Under the pieces are notes generated by a model. That model saw only the letters and a list, made by a program, of their open reading frames with translations, did not search any database and was not told the DNA's origin. A stretch of DNA of 64,000 nt from Patescibacteria group bacterium (GTDB lineage Bacteria; Patescibacteriota; Patescibacteriia; UBA11705; DATKZF01). Location of the stretch: the NCBI GenBank assembly GCA_049319825.1, contig JBMORT010000006.1:299641-363640 (forward strand), written 5' to 3'. Shown here piece after piece: positions 12,730 through 25,376 of the stretch; position 1 is the stretch's first letter, and each line of letters opens with the position of its first letter. Both the position numbers and the translations under genes were made by a program.

Positions 12730-13896
12730 TTGATTATGAAAACAAACAAACTCGTAATGTCGCTGGCCGGTGCCTTATTTATGGCTTTTTTGTGCTTGCC
12801 GGCGATTGCCGCCGCGCAGCCGATGGCCGGAGAGAGCATCACCGTCGGCGCGGATGAGGTGATCGAAGAAAATTTTTTCGCCGCGGGCCAGAACGTTGAG
12901 CTCGCCGGACATTTTACAAAAGATGTTTATGTCTGGGGAAACGTCGTTAACATTTCTGGAAAAGTTGACGGTGACGTGATTGTCGGCGGCTCCTATGTCC
13001 GGATTTCCGGAGATGTTGCCGGCAATGTCAGAGCCGCGGGCAGCAATGTGGAAATTGGAGCCAAGGTCGGAAAAAATTGTACTTTGGCCGGAGCGTCTTT
13101 AATGATCAATGAGAACGCGTCCATCGGTTGGGACTTGCTCGCCGCCGGCGGTTTGGTCAGCCTCAATGGACCGGTGGCCGGTGATGTCGGCATTGCCGGC
13201 GGGGATATTCGGATCAACGCGCCGATCGGCGGTAAGCTGAACGTCAAGGTTGATCGGGAAGGAAAATTCACGCTCGGTAAAAACAGTTCGGTGGGCAAAG
13301 ATGTCAATTATTGGTGGCATAATGATTTGATGAAAGAAGACGGTGCGGTGGTTAACGGCAATATTAATAAAATTTTACCCGCATACGAAAAGCAATCCGG
13401 CCATAAGCAGTCGTCGGCCATCACAGGCTATGTGGGCATGAAGCTTTTTTCGTTTGCCGCTCTGCTGGTTATCGGTCTGTTGCTGGTGGCGCTGTTCGGG
13501 AAATTTTTTCAAAAAGTCATTGGGCGCAATTTGGATAAATTCGGCGTCAGTCTGGGGATCGGATTTTTAATATTGATCGTCGTACCGATCGCCTTTATTA
13601 TCTTGATGATAACGATAATCGGCATTCCGCTGGCCTTGGTGTCGCTGGCGGTGTATGTCGTTTTACTGTACCTGGCGAAGGTGTTTGCCAGCGTGTCTGT
13701 CGGCACCTTTGTCTTAAGCAAGTTGATGAAAGGCAAAAAGCCCGATCGCTATTTGGCGTTTCTGATCGGTTTGGTGATATTGTCTTTGATCGGATTAATT
13801 CCGCTTGTGGGTGGATTGATCTGGCTGGTATTTTCTCTGGCCGCGCTCGGCGCGTTCGTCCACGTGATTTGGGAAAGTCAAAAATCCACCAAATAA
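12730..13896 (+). CDS. Bactofilin-like beta-helical repeat protein fused to a C-terminal polytopic membrane domain
   Basis: Signal/TM N-terminus; repeated G-x-V-x-G-D-V units (ISGKVDGDVIVGG, ISGDVAGNV, NGPVAGDVGIAG); 4-5 C-terminal TM helices. Confidence 0.55.
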   Translation: MIMKTNKLVMSLAGALFMAFLCLPAIAAAQPMAGESITVGADEVIEENFFAAGQNVELAGHFTKDVYVWGNVVNISGKVDGDVIVGGSYVRISGDVAGNVRAAGSNVEIGAKVGKNCTLAGASLMINENASIGWDLLAAGGLVSLNGPVAGDVGIAGGDIRINAPIGGKLNVKVDREGKFTLGKNSSVGKDVNYWWHNDLMKEDGAVVNGNINKILPAYEKQSGHKQSSAITGYVGMKLFSFAALLVIGLLLVALFGKFFQKVIGRNLDKFGVSLGIGFLILIVVPIAFIILMITIIGIPLALVSLAVYVVLLYLAKVFASVSVGTFVLSKLMKGKKPDRYLAFLIGLVILSLIGLIPLVGGLIWLVFSLAALGAFVHVIWESQKSTK

Positions 13897-14011
13897 TTTT
13901 GATAAAGAAGACGCTCGGTTTATATTGCCGGCGTTTTCTTGTTTTAAAGACCGGAATGCGTTAATATAATTTATAGTTGCTGTGTCTATTTAGTCATTAT
14001 TCGTCAACAAT

Positions 14012-15358
14012 ATGTTTCCATCGGAGATTTTTAAAGCATACGATATTCGCGGCACTTATCCCGATCAAATCAATAAGGATTTTGCTTATAATTTGGGGCG
14101 GGCCGCCGCCCAATTTTATCGGGTAACCAAAGCAATCGTCGGTGCCGATAATCGTTTGTCGAGCCCGGAACTCAAAGCCGCGGTTATCAGCGGCCTGGTG
14201 GACAGCGGCGTGGAAGTGATTGATATCGGTTTGGCGTCCACTCCGCTATTTAATTTTTCCGTCATTTACGATGATTATGTCGAGCTGGGGATAATGGTTA
14301 CCGCTTCTCACAATCCTAAAGAATGGAATGGATTCAAGTTTTTGGATCGGGAAGGCATGCCGGTGGGACTGGATTTCGGATTGGCTCAGATCAGGGATTT
14401 GATGCTGGCGAATGATTTTGCGGTTGTTGATGATAAAGGCCAGGTTGAAGCAAAAGATTATAAACAAGAATATTTGGGAAAAATATTTTCTTTGGTTGAT
14501 GTTATGTCAATCAAACCGCTGAAAGTGGTGGTCGATACGGCCAATGCCATGGGCGCGCTGCTGATCGATCAAGTTTTTGAAAAATTGCCTGTCCGCGTCG
14601 AATATCTTAATAAAGAATTGGATGGCAATTATCCAAACCACGAGGCTAATCCGCTTAAATCGGAAACACTGCTGGCTCTGCAGGCTAGAGTGCTGGAGGC
14701 TGAAGCTGATCTGGGCGTGGCTTTCGACGGCGATGCGGATAGGATAGGTTTTGTCGATGACCAAGGCCGGCCGATCGCCGGCGACATCACCGCGGCCATA
14801 TTGGCCCCGGAAATATTGCGCCAGCATCCGCGGGAAAAAGTTATTTACGACTTGCGTTCCAGCTGGGCCGTTTCCGAGCAAATTCAATTGGCCGGCGGCC
14901 TTCCGATCAGATATCGGGTCGGCCGGACTTTAATTATCAAGAAAATGGTCGAAGAGCGCGCCGCCTTCGCGGGCGAGTTGTCGGGGCATTTTTATTACCG
15001 TGATTTTTTCAATATCGAATCAGCCGATTTAACTTTGCTGTATCTGCTCGAGTTGTTATCGAAAAAAGGCGTGAAATTATCGGGAATTGTCGGCGATGTA
15101 GATAAATATTTTCGGTCAGGCGAAATTAATTTTGAAGTTAAAGATAAAGACGCGGTTTTAAAAAGTCTAAAAGAAAAATATTCAGCCAACGCCAAAGACG
15201 TTTCCGAGCTTGACGGCATCAGAATTGAATTCGACGACTGGTGGTTCAATGTCAGACCGTCGAACACGGAGCCGGTGATCAGGCTGAATTTGGAAGCTAA
15301 GAGTGTAGAAGTGATGAAAGAGAAGACAAAAGAGATTGAGAATTTAATTAAATCTTAA
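14012..15358 (+). CDS. Phosphohexomutase (phosphoglucomutase/phosphomannomutase family; GlmM not excluded)
   Basis: Active-site loop TASHNPKEWNGFK; DGDADR metal-binding loop. Confidence 0.85.
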   Translation: MFPSEIFKAYDIRGTYPDQINKDFAYNLGRAAAQFYRVTKAIVGADNRLSSPELKAAVISGLVDSGVEVIDIGLASTPLFNFSVIYDDYVELGIMVTASHNPKEWNGFKFLDREGMPVGLDFGLAQIRDLMLANDFAVVDDKGQVEAKDYKQEYLGKIFSLVDVMSIKPLKVVVDTANAMGALLIDQVFEKLPVRVEYLNKELDGNYPNHEANPLKSETLLALQARVLEAEADLGVAFDGDADRIGFVDDQGRPIAGDITAAILAPEILRQHPREKVIYDLRSSWAVSEQIQLAGGLPIRYRVGRTLIIKKMVEERAAFAGELSGHFYYRDFFNIESADLTLLYLLELLSKKGVKLSGIVGDVDKYFRSGEINFEVKDKDAVLKSLKEKYSANAKDVSELDGIRIEFDDWWFNVRPSNTEPVIRLNLEAKSVEVMKEKTKEIENLIKS

Positions 15359-15360
15359 GA

Positions 15361-15507
15361 GCAAGACAAGCAAGAAAGCAAGACGAGTGAAACAAGTAAA
15401 ATATTTGAGTACTTGTCTCGCTTGTCTGCCGGCCGTAGCTCCGAATAAAGTGAGTAACGAAGGCTGGTCGCACTTGTTTAACTTGTCTCGCTTGTCGCAC
15501 TTATTTT
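15361..15507. repeat. Intergenic palindromic element (GTGCGACAAGCGAGACAAGT / ACTTGTCTCGCTTGTCGCAC arms)
   Basis: Related copies at 42351-42430 and 51008-51093. Confidence 0.75.
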
Positions 15508-16398
15508 ATGATCGGCGTCTTCGATTCAGGGCTGGGAGGTCTAACCGTATTGAAAGAATTCATCCGTGAATTGCCGGATTATGATTATATTTATCTCGGT
15601 GATACCGCGCGGGTGCCTTACGGGAATCGCTCAGCAGCAACAGTCTATGAATTTTCCAGACAAGCTTGTGATTATCTTTTCGGTCAGGGCTGCGAGGTGA
15701 TAATCATTGCCTGTAATACCGCTTCCGGTTTGGCTTTGCGAAAACTGCAGCAAGATTATTTGCCAGCGAAAAATTCTGACACTAAAAGGATACTCGGAGT
15801 AATTCGCCCGGTGGCAGAATTTTTCGCTGGAAAAAATTATAAAAAAATAGGCGTTATCGGCACCCGCGGCACCATTGCTTCTGGTGTTTATAAAAAAGAA
15901 TTGGAAAAGATAAGTGCGTTAAAAGTTAAATACGTTAAATACGTTAAAGACGTTAAATGCATTAAAAACAGTAAAGACATTAAAAATGATAAAATAATAT
16001 TGCCTCAGATTTTCGGGCAAGCGACTCCGCTTTTAGTGCCGTTGATTGAAGAGAATTGGATCAATCGTCCCGAGACGATGAAGATTTTACGCAATTATTT
16101 GCGGCCATTTAAATCACCGCGAATTCAAGCATTGATTCTCGGCTGTACTCATTATCCATTGCTGATCAAACAAATCCGGCAGGTAATGGGCAAGCAAGTT
16201 GAAGTGCCCAATCCGGCGGCAATCGTGGCAGCGTCTTTTACTGATTATCTAAAGCGGCATCCTGAAATCGAAATCAAATTAAGCAAAAATAAACAAAGAA
16301 AATATTTGGTGACCGATCTGACTGAGAATTTTGAGCAGCTGGCGGAGAGGTTTTTAAATCAAAAATTGAAGTTACAAATTACAAATATTTATAAATAA
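15508..16398 (+). CDS. murI: Glutamate racemase MurI, with an in-frame tandem-repeat insertion
   Basis: GVFDSGLGGLTV and IIACNTAS motifs; coding region 15925-15990 is a 9-bp tandem (tacgttaaa) encoding KVKYVKYVKDVKCIK. Confidence 0.85.
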   Translation: MIGVFDSGLGGLTVLKEFIRELPDYDYIYLGDTARVPYGNRSAATVYEFSRQACDYLFGQGCEVIIIACNTASGLALRKLQQDYLPAKNSDTKRILGVIRPVAEFFAGKNYKKIGVIGTRGTIASGVYKKELEKISALKVKYVKYVKDVKCIKNSKDIKNDKIILPQIFGQATPLLVPLIEENWINRPETMKILRNYLRPFKSPRIQALILGCTHYPLLIKQIRQVMGKQVEVPNPAAIVAASFTDYLKRHPEIEIKLSKNKQRKYLVTDLTENFEQLAERFLNQKLKLQITNIYK

Positions 16399-16728
16399 TA
16401 CCCTTCGGCTGCGTCCTGAACCCCGGCCTTCGCTCGCATCAGCCGGGAATCGCAGATTCCTCTCGGCGCTTTGTCAGGGCTTCGGCCGGCAGCGGCTTAA
16501 ACAATCAACAATCAATTTCATGATTAAGCGATTTAAAATATTATTTTTAATACTTTGCATACAAAACACTGTCAAAGTTATATTTATTTTCAGCGACATA
16601 AAAAACCATTTTTCATTTTTGACATTATGCGATTCACGGCATTCAAAAAAATTACTATTATGATCCCATAATTTCTAACCTCAATGTTCATTGCCTAATT
16701 TCTAATTTCATATTTATAATTTTAAAAT

Positions 16729-17844
16729 ATGCTTTTAACCGCAATCGTTTTCATCATTCTGCTATCAGTCTTGGTGCTTGTGCACGAATTTGGACACTTT
16801 TACACGGCCAGAAAGCTCGGAGTCAAGGTCGAGGAATTCGGCATCGGCTTTCCGCCAAAAGCGCTGGGCATCAAAAGTAAAAAAACGGGCATCACTTATT
16901 CGATAAATTGGCTGCCGCTCGGTGGATTCGTGAAAATAAAAGGCGAGGACGGCGAGCATCGCGATGATCAAGACAGTTTTTCTCATCAAAAAATTTGGAA
17001 AAGAATCGTCATCATTTCCGCCGGAGTATTTATGAATTTCGTTTTGGCCTGCGTGCTGCTGGGTATCGCCTTTACGATCGGCGCGCCGGCGGTTATCGAT
17101 GATGGCCTGGATAACGCCAGAATCAAAGATCAAAAGGTTCAGATTTACGAGGTGCTGGAAAATTCGCCGGCGAAAGAAGTGGGTTTGAAGGCCGGGGACG
17201 CGGTGATTCGAGTGGACAACGTCGAGGTCACGCAGCCGGCTGATTTATCAGATTACGTCAAGACTAAAGACAATCAAGAAGTGAAGCTGATCGTTAAGAG
17301 GCTGAATGAGGAAATGGAGTTCGTCGCCACCCCTCAGTTCATTGATGAATTGCAAGCGGCCGGACTGGGCGTGAGCGTGGTTAAGACGGGCATTGTTTCG
17401 TATCCTTGGTATAAATCGATCTGGCTCGGCGTCAAAACCGGCGTGTTGATGACCGGTTCGATCATCAAGGGATTTGGTATTGTCATAAAAAATTTAGTGA
17501 CGACCGGAAAAGCGGGGTTTGAAGTGGCCGGTCCGGTGGGTATCGCCGTTTTGACCGGACAAATGACCAAGCTGGGCATCAATTATCTGATAAATTTCGC
17601 CGCGATTTTATCTTTGAATTTAATGATAATCAATTTTTTGCCCTTTCCGGCGCTTGACGGCGGCAGAGTGCTGTTTTTAATAATCGAAAAATTACGCGGC
17701 AAACCCATTAAGCCGAAAATCGAGAATTTGATACACACCATCGGCTTTGCGCTGCTGATTTTATTGGTTATAATTGTAACAGGCAGGGATATTTTTAAAT
17801 TCAAAGATATTTTTGGGAATATTTGGGATAAAATAGTGTCTTAA
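16729..17844 (+). CDS. rseP: RIP metalloprotease RseP (site-2 protease, M50)
   Basis: HEFGHF motif, PDZ domain, LDGG motif near the C-terminus. Confidence 0.85.
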   Translation: MLLTAIVFIILLSVLVLVHEFGHFYTARKLGVKVEEFGIGFPPKALGIKSKKTGITYSINWLPLGGFVKIKGEDGEHRDDQDSFSHQKIWKRIVIISAGVFMNFVLACVLLGIAFTIGAPAVIDDGLDNARIKDQKVQIYEVLENSPAKEVGLKAGDAVIRVDNVEVTQPADLSDYVKTKDNQEVKLIVKRLNEEMEFVATPQFIDELQAAGLGVSVVKTGIVSYPWYKSIWLGVKTGVLMTGSIIKGFGIVIKNLVTTGKAGFEVAGPVGIAVLTGQMTKLGINYLINFAAILSLNLMIINFLPFPALDGGRVLFLIIEKLRGKPIKPKIENLIHTIGFALLILLVIIVTGRDIFKFKDIFGNIWDKIVS

Positions 17845-18010
17845 ATAAGAAGGGGGAGAATGGAAAATAGGAGGTAGATGTGAAAGATGGGAAGAAGAAC
17901 AAGATGAGCGAAAAGGGTAATATCAATATCCGATATACGATTTCTTCGCGATTTTCTCTCTCCTCTCCCCCTTCTACCTCATCTAACTCTTCTATCCCTT
18001 CTAAAATCAT

Positions 18011-18814
18011 ATGGCCGAAGCGGCATTAAAATTTAGCGAGCTTCCCGAGGCTGTGGCCAAGAAAGAAAAACAAAAGATTGAACACGGATTGGCTTTAAGC
18101 GACGACGAGGTCAGGGAAGTTGAATTTGCCATCGAAAATCTCGATCGTCTGCTGAACAGATGGCCGGACACGGGCAAGGGGCGATCCAAATACACGACTG
18201 AATGGGTCAGTCCGATTTTTGTTGAGATCGAAGAACTGAATAATTTGCTTAATGATCCAATGATCAAATACGGATATCAATATTTAAAATCCGAATGGGA
18301 AGCGGACGCCAAGGACAATCTGTATTATCAGCCGGAACGGGGCAGGGAGGTGGAGGAATTCGTCCGCGAGGCGATCAGTGAAGCGAAAAGCTGGTTGGAA
18401 TATAACGAATTGAATAAAGACATCGACTCGCTTGACGCGGTATTGAATTGGCCGGAAAAGCCGGAAGTTTGGCTTTCGGAATCGGATTATAATCAGTTGT
18501 CTGATGCGCAATTGATCGAAAATAAAAAAAATCGGCTGAGAAATAATTGGGCGGGAATCGTTTTGGGCTACGCGCAGATCATGGCTGAATATTTGCCGCG
18601 TGATAAAAAACGAATTGAAGAGGAAATTGACAAATTACTCAAAGAATATAAAAAAGAAAAATATCAAGCCAAAAAGACCGATCCAAAAGATATTAAACAA
18701 GAGAAACTGAAAAATAAAAGAGAATTGATCGCTCAGGTCGAGCGCTTGGTTGAAGACGTGCTTTTAAAAATAGAAGATTTAAAGCGGCCGGGCAAGCTGC
18801 GGGAGGCGGCGTAA
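18011..18814 (+). CDS. Hypothetical Glu/Lys-rich cytoplasmic protein
   Basis: Intact 267-aa ORF; no recognisable motifs. Confidence 0.4.
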   Translation: MAEAALKFSELPEAVAKKEKQKIEHGLALSDDEVREVEFAIENLDRLLNRWPDTGKGRSKYTTEWVSPIFVEIEELNNLLNDPMIKYGYQYLKSEWEADAKDNLYYQPERGREVEEFVREAISEAKSWLEYNELNKDIDSLDAVLNWPEKPEVWLSESDYNQLSDAQLIENKKNRLRNNWAGIVLGYAQIMAEYLPRDKKRIEEEIDKLLKEYKKEKYQAKKTDPKDIKQEKLKNKRELIAQVERLVEDVLLKIEDLKRPGKLREAA

Positions 18815-19198
18815 TGGATGACGGAAATTTCTAATATCTAATATCTAATTTCTAAATAATTTCTAATGAACAATGTCTAATGAAACAATTGAATCATTGG
18901 TCATTAGTTATCGGTCATGAATTAGAAATTAGAGCAATCCCGAAGTGACCCGTTCAGGGTTAAAAATTAGAAATTCGTTTATCGCCCCCTCGACTTCGCT
19001 CGGGGCAGGCTTTCGCCTTTCAACAATCAACCACGAGCCGAAGGCTTCCCTTCGGGAAAGTGGCCACTTGGTGGCAATTAACAATTAACCTCATAACCTC
19101 TTAACCTCGTAACGTCGTAACCTCATAACATCTTAACCATTTTTCCTTTTAACGCCTTTAACGTATTTAACGCTTTTAATGTATTTAACACATACACT

Positions 19199-20203
19199 AT
19201 GCCTATAAAACTTGCCATCAACGGCTTTGGCCGAATCGGCCGGGCCGCGCTCAAATGCGCTTTAGAAAATAAAAAAATAAAAGTTGTCGCCATCAATGAC
19301 CTGGTTGATCCTAAAAATTTGGCTTACTTATTGCGATACGATACGGTTTACGGCCGCTACGATCGTCAAGTCCTGGCCGGGAAAGACCATTTGCAGATCG
19401 ATGATGTTAAAGTCCGGGCGTTTGCCGAAAAGGATCCGCAAAATCTGCCATGGAAAAAGCTGGGAGTCGATGTCGTTTTGGAATGCACCGGATTTTTCAC
19501 TGACAGCGAAGGCGCGCGCAAACATATTAAAGCCGGCGCCAAGCGGGTGATCATTTCCGCGCCGACCAAGTCTGAGGATTTGAATACATTCGTTGCCGGA
19601 GCCAATGAAAACAAGCTTTCAAAAAAAGATATTGTCCTGTCGAACGCTTCCTGCACCACCAATTGCGTGTCACCGGTTTTGGCCGTGCTCGAATCAAAGT
19701 TCGGCATTCAAAAAGCATTGATGAGCACGATTCATGCTTACACGGCCACGCAAAAATTGGTTGACGGCCCGGATCCCAAAGATCCGCGCCGCGGCCGGGC
19801 GGCAGCGCTCAATATCGTGCCGACGACCACCGGCGCGGCAGATGCGGTGGTGAAGACTTTACCGAGCTTAAAGGATAAATTTGACGGCATTTCAGTCAGA
19901 GTGCCGGTCGCTTGCGGCTCGCTTTCTGATTTTACATTGGTGTTAAAAAAGAAAGTATCGGCCGAGCAGGTCAATAAAGCTTTTATCGACGCGTCGAAAA
20001 CATTCCGCTATAAAGAAGTTTTGGGCGTATCCAAAGAACCGTTGGTTTCTTCGGACATTATCGGCACGACCCATTCAGCCATCGTTGATTTGGGATTCAC
20101 GCAAGTGGTTGACGGCGATTTGGTGAAGGTCCTGGCGTGGTATGATAATGAATACGCGTACAGCTATCATTTGGTGAAGATGGCGGAGATGTTGATTCAA
20201 TAA
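19199..20203 (+). CDS. gap: Glyceraldehyde-3-phosphate dehydrogenase
   Basis: NGFGRIGR NAD-binding motif; SNASCTTNC active site. Confidence 0.95.
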   Translation: MPIKLAINGFGRIGRAALKCALENKKIKVVAINDLVDPKNLAYLLRYDTVYGRYDRQVLAGKDHLQIDDVKVRAFAEKDPQNLPWKKLGVDVVLECTGFFTDSEGARKHIKAGAKRVIISAPTKSEDLNTFVAGANENKLSKKDIVLSNASCTTNCVSPVLAVLESKFGIQKALMSTIHAYTATQKLVDGPDPKDPRRGRAAALNIVPTTTGAADAVVKTLPSLKDKFDGISVRVPVACGSLSDFTLVLKKKVSAEQVNKAFIDASKTFRYKEVLGVSKEPLVSSDIIGTTHSAIVDLGFTQVVDGDLVKVLAWYDNEYAYSYHLVKMAEMLIQ

Positions 20204-20276
20204 GATTAAAAGTCAAAAGTTAAAAGGCAAAAGTCAAAAGTTGAATCGATAAGTTAAAAAGTTAAAAGCGAAAATC

Positions 20277-20336
20277 AGCAGAAAGCCCTGACCTGAATCG
20301 AATTTTATTCTGGTTCAGGCTTGCCTTTCTGCTTGC
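20277..20336 (+). terminator. Long GC hairpin downstream of gap (putative terminator)
   Basis: AGCAGAAAGCCCTGACC...GGTTCAGGCTTGCCTTTCTGCT inverted repeat; weak U-tract. Confidence 0.35.
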
Positions 20337-20386
20337 GAAAAATGTCCTATTTTAAAGTTTGAAAGTTTTGTCCGCGTGGTTTTTTT

Positions 20387-20887
20387 ATGAAAAAGAATGT
20401 TTTTCAGATATTTATCGTCGCCATTATTATCATTTTAATCGGTGTTTTGATATCTTTCAGCCAGAAAAGAAAGCCCCAGTTTGAATTAGTGAAAAGCGAA
20501 GCAAAACAGATACTGAAACTGATAGATCGGGCGGGCGATCTGGCGCTGGAAGCGGAAAAGGCCGCGCCAAATCCGCTGGCTTACGGAATATTTTTTAATT
20601 TTGACAGAGCAATATTATTCGCCGATAAAAATGAAAACAAAATTTTTGATGACGAAATCATTTCTGAATATCAGCTGAAAGAAAATATCAGATTGAATCA
20701 AGCGAAAATCGTTTATTATATCCCGCATAAAAAAGACATTGAATTTTGCGATCAATCCGGCCAATGCCACGGCGACCTTCATCCGACAGTCGGAATCGCG
20801 GACATAAAAACCGGCCGAGCCATGGAATTTCGCTTCGAGCAAAAGACGGGGAAGGTGGAATTAAGGGAGGTAGTCGATTCGTATTAA
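20387..20887 (+). CDS. Hypothetical protein with an N-terminal TM helix
   Basis: ORF with hydrophobic N-terminus; no recognised motifs. Confidence 0.4.
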   Translation: MKKNVFQIFIVAIIIILIGVLISFSQKRKPQFELVKSEAKQILKLIDRAGDLALEAEKAAPNPLAYGIFFNFDRAILFADKNENKIFDDEIISEYQLKENIRLNQAKIVYYIPHKKDIEFCDQSGQCHGDLHPTVGIADIKTGRAMEFRFEQKTGKVELREVVDSY

Positions 20888-20889
20888 AG

Positions 20890-23322
<2,433 letters not shown>

Positions 23323-23521
23323 ATCAAATAGCAAAGCTCGCCCCGAGCAACGTCGAGGGGATTAAATGGCAAAGCAACCTCTCGACTACGCTCGAGGCAG
23401 GAAGAATAAAGAGCAAATATTTTTGTTTTTTTGTTTTAAACTTATTTCTATTGCTTTTCTCTTTGCTCTTTTATCTTTGATCTAAATAAAAAACCGCCAA
23501 AGTGTTTGGCGGGATTGAAAT

Positions 23522-25015
23522 TCATGGGAATTGAAGCTCGAGTTCGAGCTCAATACTAGAATTTTGGTATTCTTCGTTCCAATCGAATTCGGTCACCGAA
23601 GTGACCGCGTCTCCGATGTGGCCGGGCAATCCGGCTTGGTAGTAGTCTCGAAAGACGTGGAAGGGCAGCAGCTTGATCCTTTCGGCGCTGGTGCCCGGAT
23701 ACAGCAGTTCAAGTAGCGACGCGGGCATAACCGGCCTGACTGTCAGGCCTTCGCTGACCACGTAGAGCGTGTCTTCTTCGACCACGCCGGTGACGTACAC
23801 CCCGGGTCGAAAGAGCACCACTCCGCCGATGAGGAATGTGTTGAAGACCTCATCCGGCAGCTGATAGACTTGATTGCACGCATCATGATACGTCGCTTCA
23901 GGCAGACCGCTTTCGTCCAGCGGCGCGTACCACGAGTCGAGCACGCTGGAGACGGGGAAGACATACAGTCTGCCGTTTGACGCCGCGTAATACACTCGGC
24001 TCATCCAGCTGTTTTTTACCAGCATGCCCGCTTGCGGCTCGTCTGTCTCGCGGAACGTGCCGCAGCAGCCTTGATAGCCGTAAAGATAGCTATTATCGGG
24101 CGACATCACGATCTCGCAGTATTCGGCATGCGTCGGCTGGCATTCTTCGTCAATTCGGCCGTCGCAGTTGTCGTCGAAATCGTTGCCGCAGATCTCTTCT
24201 GCTCCGGCCGACGTCCAGCTTTCGGGAAAATCTCCGCCACTGCAGGCGTACTCGGAGTTTTCGCTCGGAGCGCAGACGATCACGCCCGGATTGGCGCAGG
24301 TTCCGTCTTCGTTAAACCCGACGCATTCTTCATAAAGCCGGTCAAAGCCCTCGTCGGTCTCGCAGTCGCAGTCGTCATCGAGGTAGTTGCAGATTTCCTC
24401 TGACGGTTCATAGCCGTCCGCGCACAGGCCGCACAGAGGCGGCTGGCAGTCTTCGTCAATTTCGCCGTCGCAGTCACTGTCAATGCCATCGCAGTCGTCA
24501 GGCAATTGCCAACGGTAAGGAGTCGAATATCGGGAAGTGAAATCTGCCGAAGAGCAGGTCAAAGGTTCGTATGGAGCATTTCCACAAATAATTTCACCCA
24601 AATCAGTGCAATGTCCCAGCAAGTACTTGCCGCGAAGATCCACATAGCCGCGGCAAGGCTGTCCGAGCCATTCCTGCCAGTCCTCATCGGTCTGACAATC
24701 GCAGTCGTCATCGAGTCCGTTGCAGGTCTCTTTGGCCGCTTCGTGTCCTTGGGCGCAGATGCCGCACCCCGGATCGGGCCGCGAAGCCTCATCAGCCGCG
24801 CTGTCTCCGGGAATCAAATCGTCAGTGAATGTTCCCCGATCGGTCTGGCCGGCATCGCGGTCAGGCAGAATATTTCCATTTCCCGAAGCAGGGTAAAGAT
24901 AGATGATTTCCGGAACACCTTGCTCGAGCCTGGGTCCGGGCCTGTTTTCGGTGATTACGCAGCTGATTGTCAAAATCAGAAATACGAAAATGAACATGGC
25001 GATGATTTTCTTCAT
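23522..25015 (-). CDS. Secreted Cys-rich protein with MopE-like CDGxDNDCDGxxDEG repeats and a shared C-terminal domain
   Basis: Signal peptide; multiple CxxxDDDCDxxxDE motifs; C-terminal ~250 aa homologous to the C-terminus of the 25377-27686 protein; ~60% GC. Confidence 0.7.
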   Translation of the reverse strand: MKKIIAMFIFVFLILTISCVITENRPGPRLEQGVPEIIYLYPASGNGNILPDRDAGQTDRGTFTDDLIPGDSAADEASRPDPGCGICAQGHEAAKETCNGLDDDCDCQTDEDWQEWLGQPCRGYVDLRGKYLLGHCTDLGEIICGNAPYEPLTCSSADFTSRYSTPYRWQLPDDCDGIDSDCDGEIDEDCQPPLCGLCADGYEPSEEICNYLDDDCDCETDEGFDRLYEECVGFNEDGTCANPGVIVCAPSENSEYACSGGDFPESWTSAGAEEICGNDFDDNCDGRIDEECQPTHAEYCEIVMSPDNSYLYGYQGCCGTFRETDEPQAGMLVKNSWMSRVYYAASNGRLYVFPVSSVLDSWYAPLDESGLPEATYHDACNQVYQLPDEVFNTFLIGGVVLFRPGVYVTGVVEEDTLYVVSEGLTVRPVMPASLLELLYPGTSAERIKLLPFHVFRDYYQAGLPGHIGDAVTSVTEFDWNEEYQNSSIELELELQFP

Positions 25016-25376
25016 CGGCGGTTGCTCCTTTTGTGAAAGAACCGTTAAAGAATCCTGATTTGTGCGAGATCAAATCGTGAATCTTCAGCGGTCATTTCAG
25101 GAATAATAAACATTAACAGAAATTTAATATTTTGTCAATTTTCTGTTTGACATTCTCTACTTATATTATACCAAAAAATTGTGAATTATATGAATAGTGG
25201 CTGAAAATATTAAGGATTTATCAGATGAATTATAGAATAATAAATGTTTTTTCAGAATTTGTGTCAATATTATAGAATTAAAAAACCTACCTAGTTGTTA
25301 ACCGGGTAGGTTTCTCCTTTTTGAAAGGGATTTGCCGCAGAAATTGCGGCTGGGAAGGAGTTACTGGGGGCGGAAA

